Positions 46,601 through 60,137 of a stretch of DNA of 64,000 nt are shown in pieces (positions within the stretch are counted from its first letter, which is position 1; each line of letters begins with the position of its first letter). This DNA comes from the human T2T-CHM13v2.0 reference genome, Homo sapiens, in assembly GCF_009914755.1 (NCBI RefSeq), contig NC_060926.1. One strand, written 5' to 3'. The notes under the pieces are model-generated. The model did no database searches and had not been told where the DNA came from. It saw nothing but the letters and a program-made list of their open reading frames with translations. Made by a program: the position numbers and the translations under genes.

Positions 46601-46881
46601 CTTGTTTTTGCATCTCCGCAGCTTCTCTGGTTGGAAGTTGTTTGCCTGCAGCCATCTCTGCCCAGCACTCAGCATATTCTCAATGAGCACCCGCTGCATG
46701 CCAGGTGCTAGGGTGGGGGGCACTGAGAGAATCTGCAGTTCCTTTTAGGGTTTCTGCCAAAACCATTTTTAATTTATTTCTTTAACTTGTATGATTTGCT
46801 TCAAACATCAATCAAAAAAATAATTTTACTCCTCAAATTAAAACTTGAGCATTTTAAACTAGGAGTTTCTCCCTACAACCA

Positions 46882-47195
46882 TTTTAATTTTATCAATTTT
46901 TTATTGCAGTAAAATTCACATAACATAAAATTCACAATTTTAGCCATTAAGTGTAAGAAGCCAGACACAATAGACTAGATACAGCATGATTCCATTTAAG
47001 ATATCAAAATCTATTTGGGCAGAAAGTTAATTGATGAATGGCTACCAGGGGCTGAGAGCAGGGTGAAATGGGGGAGGGGCTGCTTGGAAGAGTGCAGAGT
47101 TGCCTTTTGGCACGATGAAAATGTTCTGGAGCTAGATAATGGTGATGGTACACATGCTGTGACTGCCAAATGCCACTGAATTGTATAGATTAAAA
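46882..47195 (-). mobile_element. L1MB-type 3' fragment with an internal inversion
   Basis: Reverse-complement extreme 3' end (~46882-46952) joined to a forward-strand adjacent 3'UTR segment (AAGAAGCCAGACACAA...TGCCACTGAATTGTA). Confidence 0.72.
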
Positions 47196-47284
47196 TCTTT
47201 GTTTTTACGTTAGATTCACTCAGAATACAAAAATTAATTCATATGTGCAGACAAAAAATGTCATTTCTACCAAGTGCTAAATGA

Positions 47285-47289
<5 letters not shown>

Positions 47290-47333
<44 letters not shown>
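47290..47333. repeat. (AT)n microsatellite, about 22 units
   Basis: Read directly from the sequence. Confidence 0.95.
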
Positions 47334-47334
<1 letters not shown>

Positions 47335-47337
<3 letters not shown>

Positions 47338-47580
47338 ACAGTGTGGTGAAAAGGTTAAAAGCTCAGGTCTGTGTGTTAGATTTGCTTAGAATTCAGGTTC
47401 TGCCACTCACTCAGTGACCTAAGGGAAGGTAAACAGCCTTGGTAGTCCTTCTCTGTAAAGTAGCAATAATTCTAATGCCTCCCTTGCAGGGTTGTTCTGG
47501 GATGTTTTGAGAGATTTTGTGTAAAACATTCAGCACAGATCTTGGCACTTAGTATGCATCGAATAAGCAATAGATGCTAA
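47335..47580 (+). mobile_element. MIR SINE (degenerate)
   Basis: CAGTGTGGTGAAAAGGTTAAAAGC...TCTGCCACTCACT...CTCTGTAAAG...CAGCACAG; boundaries approximate. Confidence 0.6.
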
Positions 47581-48409
47581 TATAATATAAAAGCATGGAA
47601 GGTTGGAGACAGGGAGAGAGATGAAGCCGGGCTGTGTGGGCAGGGCAAAGCAAAGACCTTGAGGAGGGAGGATAAGTGTGGTGGTGAGAGAAGTTAAGTG
47701 GCAGAATTAAAGGTTACAAGCATTTATAAATACAAGTTAATATTTCCCCATACTAAGAAACAAGAAGTGTACTGCAGGGTGTTTTGCCCCATATCTTGGG
47801 CATCACTGTGTGATTTGGGAATGTTGTTAACTTAAGCTTTTCTCTCCATGAGAAGGAAAAGCAGCCTTCTCTGACCTGGCAAAGTTGTGGACTTCAGGTA
47901 AAGCAGAGACCAGGTGAGAATGGCTTTGCACGGAGTAGAATTGGTTAAATTTTCCTGACACACTCTGGCATCTTGGCAGCTAAATGTCAGGTTCCAGGTC
48001 AGAGCAGAAGTGTGTTTACTTAAAAACAAGACCAGCAGGGTGAGGCCTGGCTGCTCCAGCTGCTTATGATGTTGAGCATCTGTGATGTGAAGGTCACAAT
48101 AGCTTAAAAATTAGTGAGAAAAGACGTTCCTGTTGTTGTGTATCATCAAGAATATAAAAGGAAAACAACTCTTCTACTAAGTTCCTTCATTCCACTAAAC
48201 CAATTTTAAGATTGTGAAAAATGATGGCTTCTCCTTAACAAACAGAGGGTGAAAGCATTCAATATTCACAAAAGGGAACCCACACATCTAGAGAAATGAA
48301 TCTTTTTGTCATTTTACCGCTTAAATTTCTGTATCTCAAAATTGTCTTTGGCAGATGAAACAGAGCTCTATGAACTTACTTGATCTGAGGAATTTTTTTC
48401 CCTTTGCAG

Positions 48410-48491
48410 CAAGAAGCCAAAACCACATCAAAGCACACCTCCCCAACAGAAGCCTCTGACCTTAGCCTACGATGGAGACTTAGACATGTAA
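48410..48491 (+). CDS. THSD7B: THSD7B terminal coding exon H: (C)KKPKPHQSTPPQQKPLTLAYDGDLDM*
   Basis: Acceptor tttccctttgcAG; phase 2; TAA at 48489-48491; basic stop-transfer residues follow the TM helix. Confidence 0.95.
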
Positions 48492-49603
48492 TCTGAAAAA
48501 GAAATCCAAATGTAGACATCAACTGCCTTAACCGCTTTCTCTTTTGTAGCTCTCAGACTTCTCAGTTTTTTGAGGAATCTCAAGATGTGATATATTGGGC
48601 AGAATACAAATATTGCAAAAGTAATATTGCCTCAACTTCATTTGGACATGGAGTCAAGGATTATTAGGTCTGCCATTTTGTTTTCAAGTTGTTTGTGGGT
48701 GTGTTTTATTTTTTTGGTTTTCCCAAGGGACCTGAAAACCCTTCTCTTCCTGTTTGGAACTGGGAGGAAGAAAACATGATGGAATTCCCACAGACTTGAG
48801 TAAACTTGATCTTCAGCAGCATAATGACAATCCAGAGGAAAATACAGTCAAGGCATTTACTCTAAATGACGAGTCTGACACTGCATTGTTACGCACTATA
48901 TTAGTGCAAAGTCTTTATTCTTCCCATACTTCAACACTGAGTTTTCTAGAGTTTACTTTGGTTTAAAGACTTTCAAATTGGATTGCCTATTTTTCATGAA
49001 CACAGAGAGAATGGATTACCATTTCAGAAATTCTCTGAGTTTTTAACCTTTAAATATTGTATTTTGTTTTGTAGCCAGGGGATGATGGCGCTTCATGGGT
49101 TGCAGCTACTGAAAATAGCAGCGTGTGTGTAATTGCTGGACTAGATGAAAGCTAGGTCATTTCTGAAGGGAATGTGTACTGAATGTTAGAGTGTACAAAT
49201 GAAATATGTGGTTAAATTGGAGAATGAGGTAGATTATTTGATTACTAAAACTGTATTTTAACAAAAACTTATCCATGTAGATATAGCATTAACCACACAC
49301 AGTTGTAATTCAGTTTAATGATGACAAACTCTGCTTTTGTAATTTCAATTTTCTTATCTGAATATTTATAAATTCTTCTTTCAAATTTAATTATCTGACC
49401 TCATTTAATATACATCAAACACCGATCCTGTTTGTACAAAGTCTTGCTTTTATAAGGTTTCAATAATATCTAAAACAACACATTAAAAAGCTGAGACCAT
49501 TTTATGAAGATAATTGTTTGTAATCATAGGTGTTGAAAGTAAAAAGGTGCCATCTTGTGGTATTGACTTGTATTTATAACAAATAAACTGCTCAAGAGAC
49601 TGC
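48492..49603 (+). other. THSD7B: THSD7B 3'UTR (about 1.1 kb, AU-rich; end approximate)
   Basis: Repeat-free AU-rich sequence from the stop codon to the AATAAA; cleavage site inferred 15-20 nt downstream. Confidence 0.75.
49582..49587 (+). terminator. Polyadenylation signal AATAAA (weaker ATTAAA at 49482-49487)
   Basis: AATAAA preceded by TGTATTTATA and followed by a CA and a GT-rich downstream element (GTGTTGGCTGTT). Confidence 0.8.
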
Positions 49604-51202
49604 AGTGTTGGCTGTTCTAGATTTATTCACTTCTGAAGTGCCTTGCCCTTGCTTTGACAAAAACAGTATTAATATCAGTTTTTCAGTGTTTTGGGGGTTG
49701 ACAGCTGCTATCACTGACAAAAACAAAAAAAGGAATCTTACCCCTCCACACTATCAGGCATACTAGGAAACAGCGCCAGTCACAATGACATAGAGTAGCT
49801 TTTAGGGAACATTTAGAGCTCAAATAATATTAGAAAAAACCGCTGTAATCATGCAAACACTGATATGTAAATGATGTGAGAGAAGGAAGAAAATGGAAAT
49901 GTTAGAAATGTGACACAACGACCAGATTAAAGGATGTTTTCATTTACACTGTAACCTCTATTAACCATTTAACACCTAGGTAAGCCCTCCAACTAGCTGA
50001 TTGTGTGCAATGATATACCATAATTTTAAAATAAGAAAGCAAAAAGAGAATACTTTACTTTATTTTACTAGTATACTTGAGAAAACAATTCCCAGAATTG
50101 TGCTTTCAAAAGTTCACTTTAGCTAAAGCATCAGTAGCCTTCTTAGTAGTTTAAGAAAGGCTGCTTTGGAGATCAAACCATGGCTAGGCCCTTTATTGCC
50201 TGTGTGACCCCGGACCAGGAATGTAACTTTTCTGTGCCTCAGTTGTTTGACCCACAAAATGAAGATAATAAAATTATGTTCCTCTAAAGTTAGACACTAA
50301 TAATAAATGTAAAATCCTTAATATTCACCACATATCAAAAGTGCAATAAATATTATCCACAATTAATTAGTATTGTATATTCAGAGTTAGGACCCTTAGG
50401 TCATTCAAGTTTTTCATTCATTACAGATTCAACAATTATCCATATATTTAATTTGTGTCAATAATATTAGACTTTTAGTACTCATGGCTTGAATAAAATT
50501 GCTTTTCCAATAATACATGCCCAAAATATTATTTCAGTTACATCCAGTTCCCAAATATCAATATCACTACATATGTCTTTCATTCATTTAAGCAAATCAT
50601 ATATATTAAACATCTACCATTGGTTAGGCACAGTGCTCAGAGGTGCACTGTTGAATGAAATGTGATCCCTTCTGACTTTTACTTTACTTGAAAATTATGC
50701 CAGACAGACCCAAAGATTTGGGACGATTACTCCTCAGGAGGAAAGCCAAGTAAAAAAATATGAGTAAAAAACTATGTATATTCCATAAACTGATATAGAT
50801 TTCAAAAGTTTATACATGAAGTCTATGAACACTTCCTTAGGACAGCATATTGCTCCTACAGGACAAATGGTTTTAACATGTGTAGTGCTTATAGGCAGAG
50901 GATAAAAGGAGGAGATCAGAAGAAGTCAGTTTGTGCCTGGTACTGCTACTAACTAACTAGCCATTGACTTTAACAAGCCACCTAAGTCAGTTTCCACACT
51001 GCGCAGTGTAGAAAACAGACTCACAGACACCAACCGATTTACCCTGTGAATGTATATAGTAGAAATCCCAGAAAACTAGCTTGCAGAAAGATTCAGTTTC
51101 ATATGCAAAGGGTTTTTGTTTTCGAATTAAAGTCATTTAAAATTGAGAGCTTTTACATAAAAATTTGGAGTTCTAGGTTCTCTTGAAAACTTACACAATC
51201 TG

Positions 51203-51613
<411 letters not shown>

Positions 51614-51619
51614 TTAAAC

Positions 51620-51795
51620 AAATATACATCGTATATTTAGGCCTTACAGGCCAAACAATCTCTATTGCAACTACTCAACTCTGGGAAGGCAGCTGTAGAC
51701 AATACATTAATGAATGAGTAGTTGCGATAGAGATTGTATGGCCTGCAAAGCCTAAGTATTATCTGGCTCTCTACAGAAAAGAACTGCTGACCCCT
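51620..51795. mobile_element. MER58-like hAT fragment
   Basis: TCTCTATTGCAACTACTCAACTCT...TATGGCCTGCAAAGCCTAA...CAGAAAAGAACTGCTGACCC. Confidence 0.6.
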
Positions 51796-54700
51796 TTCCT
51801 ACTGGTTCTCTCAACCTAGTTTCTTCTCCCCAGTTTCTTCTTATTTTTTTCATAGCCTGATTACTTCTAACATTCTATTTACTATACATATTTATTTTAT
51901 AGTTTGTCTATTTTTTCCTTGCATTTAGATGTTAACACCATGAGGGCAAGGATCTTAATTTAGCTCACATATGTATCCCAAATGTTTGGAATACTCAATG
52001 AATATTTGTAGAGTGATTGAATGAGGCTAGAGGAATTACAGCATGCAACCACGGAAGCCATGGTGAAGAATTTGTATTTTATTCTGAATAACAGCCACAA
52101 AGGTGTTTTAAACATGATATGATCCGTGGCACCACAGCCTCATGACTTCCTACACTCCTTACCCCGGATTAGACAGGTCGATTTACCTGTGTGCTTGGTC
52201 TGTGCTACGTATTAGTCCAGCAAATACTGCATGAATGAGAAATGATCATAGTAATGGAATCTCAAAAGACTAGCATTCAACCACTTCACCTCAGAAGATT
52301 CCCCTGTGGGCAGAGGCCCCGGGGAGAAATGGTTTTAATGCCAAGCTCTGCATAGTTCTTTAATAACAACATTAAACATCAAGCTCAATTATTTTGGGAC
52401 AGAGAGATCTTACAGGAATTTTACAAGCTTATGTATTACATTTGTTATAATGCTTGTGAGTTTTCTTCTGTGAAATTTATATAATGCTGTTAGTGTAACC
52501 AAAGCATGATAAAACTCACTTAATCAACTAATATGCTGAGTACATAGGTATGCCAGAAGTGGGTTTCAGATGTGCTGGAATATTGATTCCTCTTCACCTT
52601 GGGGGTGACCAAAGCCAGTCAGTATCTTAGTCAGTCATGGCCACACCCATTTACCCTCAGATTTTATAGAATTAGTATCATTTTCTATGCATTCCATAAG
52701 ATTAAGCTCCTGCAATGGGCAACGATCATAATTTATTAATGATAACTTGTTTTTCAAAAGAGAAGAAAAATCATTAAGTTTGTAATTATTTATAGAAGTA
52801 GGAGGCTCATTGGAACAACTTGACAATGGTTTCCTGAGAATATTCCTATTTTTAATAAATTTACAAACTAGGGAAAGCACATATAAACAATAAGAAACAA
52901 TGATATGGATAGGTGCAGAAAAGAAGGCTTGATAATTGCATCTAGGGGATTAAAGTAGGGCTTAGGAATAATAGGAGTTTGAGTTGCACATTGGAGAGTA
53001 AAGACTTTCTGACAAGGATAGAGGGCTAAGTAGCTGATAATTGGCTAGACAATGTTGCCCCAAAGATTCAACTGAATGTCCACATTCTTTGTGATAAGAA
53101 CCAGGGTGACAACATTTTAACATTCTTAGATTGATCTAGGAATGAGATACCAAACAGTTGTATCAATTTTTTTCATCAAACAGCATCAAATGCCTTTTCA
53201 TCAACACCTCATGATCCATTATATTGGCAGTCTTCCTACCAAAGAGTTTTTATCCTATGTCTACCATGGAGCAGCCTCATCACTCTCACTCCAGAAGGAG
53301 GAGGTGTAAAAAGCAGTATATGCTACCCAACTACCTAATTAAGAAAACTCTGCCTCAATTCACTTATAGATAGAGACTAGGGAACTGGGGACTATTTAGT
53401 CACAGAATATAGGAATTACACACACACACACGCACACCAAAAAAAACTTCCTAGAATGTCACTTGGCCTTTTATGATTATTCTTAAAGCAAAATCAACAG
53501 ATTCAAATGATTGAACAATGTCAAACAACAAAATTGTGTGATTCAGAGATCCCCAAACTTTCTTGATCCACAGATCCTTTGTGTCTCAGTAATTGACCGA
53601 AAGCAACGTTTAACTATTCTGCTTATGAATAGTTAGGTCCAAACAACTTAATTTATGTCTTAAGAATGTAGTAGCCTTTAGGAAAAATACAGGCATAAAT
53701 AAAAAGTAATATTTTTATTTTATTTTTAAATTACAATTACCAAGTCATTAGGAGCCAAAGTCGATTTATGCTCCTGGAACTTCTCAAATTTTGGAATCTA
53801 TTTTGATACTATCACCTTCATTACCAATTTCATATTGATTTCTGTGCACTTTTTATCAGAGCAATCAATGAAAATCTAAGTTAACAAAGATGTGGCATCA
53901 TTGAGAGAAATGTAGTGTCATGAAATATGAACTACTTCAAGCTAGTAGTTCATACCATGTCTGATGGATGCTATGTTTTGCTGTGTTTTTCTCATAAATT
54001 TAAAATCTGGTAGATGCAATCTCAAAGAGAGCTTTGATACATAGCCAATAAGAGTGGTGTCTCTAAATGGCCAACATTTTAGATATCAATGTCAATTTTT
54101 TCCATGAGCTTGTTTTTCATTTCAGGGCTGAAAAACTTCATGAGTCTCATTTTGTTGTTATTTTGCTTCCTAAAACTGCAGCTTCAACTTATTACTCAAA
54201 TCTCTAAATATCTCTCTATCAAGCATTATTGATTTGCTGAATGTTTAAAAGCACAAAGGGCACAGTTAAAGGGCTTTTCTGTGAGTGTGGTTACTCACCC
54301 CTCATAAATAAATTCTGTATAGATATAATTTTTATGGGAAATTTCCTTAAAATGGAATATTATGCCCTCTCCCCACCAAGTTTTCTATTATCAGACCCTT
54401 TACCTAAACACTGTTCATTTACACCTTTTTAACATAAGCATATTGATATTTAACAAAAAGTAACAAGGAAACATGCAGTTGGAACGACAGATAGAACATG
54501 GCAAGAAGTTGTAGAGAAATTGAAGAAATAGGAGTAAAGGATGTAGAGACACCTTCAGCTGCTGATTATTTTATCAAAAGTTGAAAGAATCTAAGGCCAT
54601 TGCCACAAAAAGCAATTTATAAAAGGTTTATTCATGACTAATATTTCTGAGATTACATATATGTGTATGTATAGTTACAGGTGTGTGTGTGTGTATATTT

Positions 54701-56269
54701 CTTCAGGGGAACTAAATTCAAGATTAACAAGAAAAGATCTAAGACCACTCTGAGTTAATAAGTTCCATCTCACTACATTAGGCAAAAAGTAATTTATAAT
54801 TCTTATTTTACAGATGTGGTTAGTTACTTTGGAATATGATTTCATCAGTAAATTGTAACAAATCAACTAGAATAGGCCTGAAACTACTTGGGGGATTAAT
54901 CTTCTAACCAACAGACAGGATATGGCTCCCATCTTGTAGCCTAATCAAGGTGAAAAATGGCTGTGTGTCACATTGCAAACTAAGATCTTGTAGATTTGGT
55001 CATAATGGCAAATGTGGACATATGGTCATGCTCCATGCAGGGCCACTGAAGAATTCTTAGTTATTGTTCCCATCTTTCATTTTAACAGAATAAGAGGGTA
55101 GTTCCTTTTAATGGCTCTGTACTGTATCTTCCTTTGGACAAGATAACTAGACAGGTTGGACAGCAAGGTGAATCACCTTTGGTAGATACTGAGTATGAAG
55201 TACTTACTCAGGCTGCTCCAAGTGCTGTCAATGAGAGGGAGAAGGGGGAAAGTTCTGAGCACATTAGAAAGTGGGTGAAATTTCAAGTCCTCCTTTTTGT
55301 GTACTTGACACAAAGGAAAAGAAAAGCATTCACAGCCCTCATAGAGGCTGCAGGGCTTTTCCCAGAACCACAGACCACCACTTACATCCCTTATTGCACA
55401 ACAGGGGTTTCCATTCTCAGTTTGGTCTGTGTGAATGATTCCAACAGGAGCTGTGTGATGCTACAGTCCTGATGGTCTTCATAGTTAGTTTGATAATTTG
55501 GGGTAGCTGCTTGAACTTTTTTTAATTTTATAAGTTGAATTTATCATATTTTATATTTTAAATAATGAATAAGAATGTTTTACCTGAAGCTAGAGCAGCA
55601 AATAAACAATAGCTTAAAGAAAACAAAGTTCAAGTCCTATAAATTTATTTTTTACTCAAAAACTATATTTTGTTGATTCTATTCTTTAAACTGGGAATGA
55701 CTTTAAGTATAAAATTTTAATTTATTGACTTTTCATGTGCATTGTGTAATTCGAATACAGTGACAGCACACCATCATCTTGCCTCATCCTAAGATTTGGA
55801 AAAGTACAAAAAAATGCGTTTTTAAATACTAAATAGTAATACCAATTCCTTAACTTATCAGATTTACCTTACAAACCAATCTGTTATCAATTATAGAAAC
55901 ACTAAATATATACATGACTTAATATTCACTACCATTGATGAATCTGACACTAGACTATATATGCCAGTACCAATTTACTTAGTCCATCTCCTACAATGAA
56001 TAAATTTATAATCAAAGCTTAAAATTTTAATAATTGTACCTAAATAAAAATTGAAAAATAGAAGGTCAACAGTAGTCACTTTTGAAGATACAAGTTATTT
56101 CCATAAATTTCTAAGAACAGACCTTTCTGTTGAAGAAAAATGGCAAATATATGCCTCTCTCTAAACAAATTTTTATTGCAAATAATTTGTAGAAATCCCA
56201 GCAGGGATATGCAGAATGCAGACGCATAGTCCTGGATTTATTTGTTTCATGCACGTCTGTGTGAAGAGA

Positions 56270-58015
56270 GTGAAAGTGTCTACCTAGACTAAGAGGTATT
56301 TTAGTTATCTGACTCGGGGAGTGTTGAGTAAAGCTAATTTGCCAGTCCTGGGTGGGGGCAAATCCTTCAGCTTGATGTGTAGGGAAGGGAGGGGGCCTGA
56401 ATAATCCCTGAGGAGTAGTAGAATAGCAGATGGAACACTGAGAAGTTATTTCCTTGAGGATTGATTTCCATGATGGAAAGAAAATGAGAGGTTCTAAGAG
56501 GCGGGCTAGTAGCTTGTACTATAGCATAGCCTGCCTTTGCTGGTGTGTGGCGATTAGGCCTGGTGGAACTGCCATCAATAAATCAAGCATGATCAAGGTG
56601 AGGAACAGGAAAGAAGGAAATATGGGGAAATGGGGTGAATGTCAGGTGGATCAGAGAGATACAGTCATGGGGGTCAGGTGTGGTATCAGGAATAATGTGG
56701 GAGGCCGGATTGAAGTCCAGGCCTGGAATAATGGTAATTGTAGGACTTAACAAAGAGTGAGTATAGCTGAAGGAGCCCGGGGGCAGAAAGTATATGCGTC
56801 AGGTGAGAAGAATAAAGTAGATTTTGGAAGTGATGAGAACTGTAGAGAGTGAGTTGAGCATAGTTTGTGATTTTTAGGGCCTCTAAAAGTATTAAAGCAG
56901 CAGCAGCCGCTTCACGCAGACATGAGGGCTAGGCTAAAACAGTAAGGTCAATTTGTTTGGACAGAAAGGCTACAGGGTGCGGTCCTGGCTCTTGTGTAAG
57001 AATTCTGACCGCACTAACCATGCCTAGGAAGGAAAGGAGTTGTTGTTTTGTAAGGGATTGAGGTTTGGGAGATTAATCGGACACGATCAGCTGGGAGAGC
57101 ACGTGTGTTTTTATGAGAATTTTGCTGAGATAGGTAACAGATGAGGATGAAATTTGGGCTTGACTGAAGTAATGGGGGCTGTCTGTGAAGCCCTGCCGCA
57201 GTACAGCCCAGGTAATTTGCTGAGCCTAATGGGTGTCAGGGTCAGTCTAAGTGAAAGCAAAGAGAGGCTGGGATGAAGGGTGCAAAGGAATAGTAAAGAA
57301 AGCATGTTTGAGATCCAGAACAGAATAATGGGTTGTAGAGGGAGGTATTGAGGATAGGAGAGTATATGGGTTTGGCACTATGGGGTGGATAGGCAAAACA
57401 ATTTGGTTGATAAGACGCAGATTCTGAACTAACCTGTAAGCCTTGTCTGGTTTTAGGACAGGTAAAATGGGGGAATTGTAAGAAGAGTTTATAGGCTTTA
57501 AAAGGCCATGCTGTAACAGGAGAGTGATAACAGGCTTTAATCTTTTTAAAGCATGCTGTGGGATGGGATATTGGCATTGAGCGAGGTAAGCGTGATTAAG
57601 TTTTAATGGGATGGTAAGGGGTGCATGATCGGTCGCTAAGGAGGGAGTAGAGGTGTCATAGTTGTGGGTTAAGGTGGGGAGATACAAGGGGAGGATGTGA
57701 AGGAGGATTTGAACTGGGGGAAAAGGCAGCAATGAGGTGTGGCTGTAGCCTAGGAATAGTCAGGGAAGCAGATAATTCAGTTAAAGTGTCTCAGCCTAAT
57801 AAGGGAACTGGGCAGGTGGAGATAACTAAAAAGGAGTGCTTAAAATAGTATTGTCTAAGTTGGCACCAGAGTTGGGGAGTTTTAAGAGGTTTAGAAGCCT
57901 GGCTGTCAATATGCGCAACAGTTATGGAAGCAAGGGAAACAGGCCTTTGAAAAGCAAGTAATGTGGAGTGGGTAGCCTCCGTATTGATTAAGAAGGGGAC
58001 GGACTTACTTTCCAC
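56270..58015 (-). pseudogene. HERV-H pro/pol remnants (stops and frameshifts; protease DTG degraded to NTE)
   Basis: ORFs 57791-58015 (FLINTEAT) and 57247-57732 (YNSPILPVLKPDKAYRLVQ...LDLKHAFF); integrase truncated at 56270. Confidence 0.85.
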
Positions 58016-59414
58016 TGTGAGAGTTACTCAAAGCTCGGCGTCCGTGATGGTCTAGGGGGCTTCTGAGGCGATCGGGCAGTGTCAGTCTTCAGCCGCTAAG
58101 CCGAGAAGATCTGGGAAGGAGTCAGTCAGAGAGCCTTGGGCCGGAGTTCCAGGGGCTCTGGGAGTGGCTGCCAGGTGAGTTTAACAGTCTGATTTTCAGT
58201 GGGGTCCTACACAGATGGGATGTGGCTTAGGAGGAATCCTGGGCTGTGGGCATTCCTTGGCCCAGTGGCCAGATTTCTGGCACTTGTAGCAAGCTCCTGG
58301 GGGAGGAGGTTCCGGAGGAACACCTGGCAGCTGCGGTTCGGGCATTTGGAGTTCTTGTGTGCTGGAGATGTGGCTGGGGTTTGTCTCACAGTGGAGACAA
58401 GTAATTGCAACTCAGAAATACATTGCTACTTGGCTGCCTCTACTCTATTATTGTACACCTTGAAGGCGAGGTTAATTAAGTCCTTTTGTGGGGTTTGAGG
58501 GCTGGAATTTAATTTTTGGAGTTTTATTTAATGTCAGGAGTGGATTGGGTAATAAAATGTATATTGAGAATAAGACCGCCTTTTGACTTTTTAGGGTCTA
58601 GGGCTGTAAAGCGTCTCAGAGTTGCTGCCAAACGAGCCATGAACTGGGCTGGGTTTTTCATATTTGATGAAACACCCTAAACGCCACTGATTTGGGAGAG
58701 GTCTGATAAAGGAGCATTAACCTTAACTATGCCTTTAGCTTCAGCCACCTTTTTAAGAGGAAATTGCTGGGCAGGTGGGGGAGGGCTACTCATGGAATGA
58801 GACTGTAAACCGGACCAGGTGTGAGGAGGGGAGGTAATAAAAAGATTATAGGGTGGAGGAGCCGAGGCTGAGGAAGAATTGGGAACTAGCTCGGCCTGGC
58901 GAGGAGCAGCCTGGGGAGGAGGGGAGAGGTCAGATGGGTCTGTAGAAAAGGAAGATTAGAAAGACTCAGCAAAGCTTGGGGTTGGGACTGAGGGAACAGG
59001 TGGGAGGGAAAGAAGGAAGATTTGGGACGAGTTGCACTGGGCACAGAGACTAGGGAGGGACAGATGTGTAAAAATGCCTGGATGTCAGGCACCTCAGACC
59101 GTTTGCCTATTTTACAACAAGAATTATTTAGATCTTGCAGGATGGAAACATTGAAAGTGCCATTTTCTGGCTATTTGGAACCACTGTCGAGAGTTTGTAT
59201 TGGGGTCAAGCAGCATTGAAGAAGAAAATAAGGCATTTAGGTTTTAGGTCAGGTGTGAGTTGAAGAGGTTTTAAGTTCTTGAGAGCACAGGCTAAGGGAG
59301 ACGGAGGAATGGAGGGTGGAAGGTTGCCTATAGTGAAGGAGGCAAGCCCAGAGAAAAGAGAGAGTAGAGACACAGAGGGAAGGGGTTCGGGGGTTCTTAC
59401 CTTCCAGAAAAGTG

Positions 59415-59535
59415 GGAAAGGGGTCGGGGTGCAGAAATAAGGGATCGGGGCACAGAGATAAGAGGTCGGGGCACAGAAATAAGGGATTGGGGTGCAGAGA
59501 TAAGAGGTTGGGGTGCGGAAATAAGGGATTGGGGA
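59415..59535. repeat. G-rich ~21-bp tandem repeats in the HERV-H leader (GGGGTCGGGGTGCAGAAATAA-like, about 5 copies)
   Basis: Read directly; translates on the minus strand as TPIPYFC/TSYLC repeats. Confidence 0.85.
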
Positions 59536-60117
59536 TTCTTGCCCCCTAGAAAAGTGGAACTTGCCACTAAGGGTGCAGGAGAAGGGGTTGAGGGGTTCTT
59601 GCCCGTCTCCCAGAAAAGCGGAGAAGGGGTAGAGACATGGAGAGAAGGGGTTGGGTACTTGCCCCTCCCCCAGAAAAGCGGGACTTGCTAAGGGTGAAGG
59701 ACTAAGGCAGGTGTCCATGCATGGTCTGACACCTCTGAAACGTGGGTGAATATTCAGAGAGGCATCCCTGAAATGATTAAACACCAAGGGAAGGCTGCCT
59801 TCCCAGTCCGTGACCAGTGCTGGAGTTTTGGGTCCACAGATAAAACGTGTCTCCTTTGTCTCTACTAGAAAATGAAAGGAATTGAAATTAAGAGAAGGGA
59901 GAGATTGAAGTGTGGCTCCAAGACTGAAAGGAGAAAGAGGTTGAGGGATAGTGAAGGAAGTTGGAGAAGAGAGTAAAAAGAGGCCACTTACCGGATTTGA
60001 AATTGGTGAGATGTTTCTTGGGCTGGTCGGTCTGAGGACCTGAGGTCGTAGGTGGATCTTTCTCACGGAGCAAAGAACAGGAGGACAGGGGATTGATCTC
60101 CCAAGGGAGGTCCCCCG

Positions 60118-60135
60118 ATCTGAGTCACGGCACCA
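60118..60135 (-). promoter_or_regulatory. Primer-binding site for tRNA-His
   Basis: TGGTGCCGTGACTCAGAT, 2 nt after the LTR; one mismatch to the His PBS TGGTGCCGTGACTCGGAT. Confidence 0.9.
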
Positions 60136-60137
60136 AA

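Noticed and set aside
57247-58410. Functional HERV-H Gag/Pro/Pol
   Set aside because: Multiple stops and frameshifts, a mutated protease active site and truncated integrase; only the CCHC knuckle is intact.
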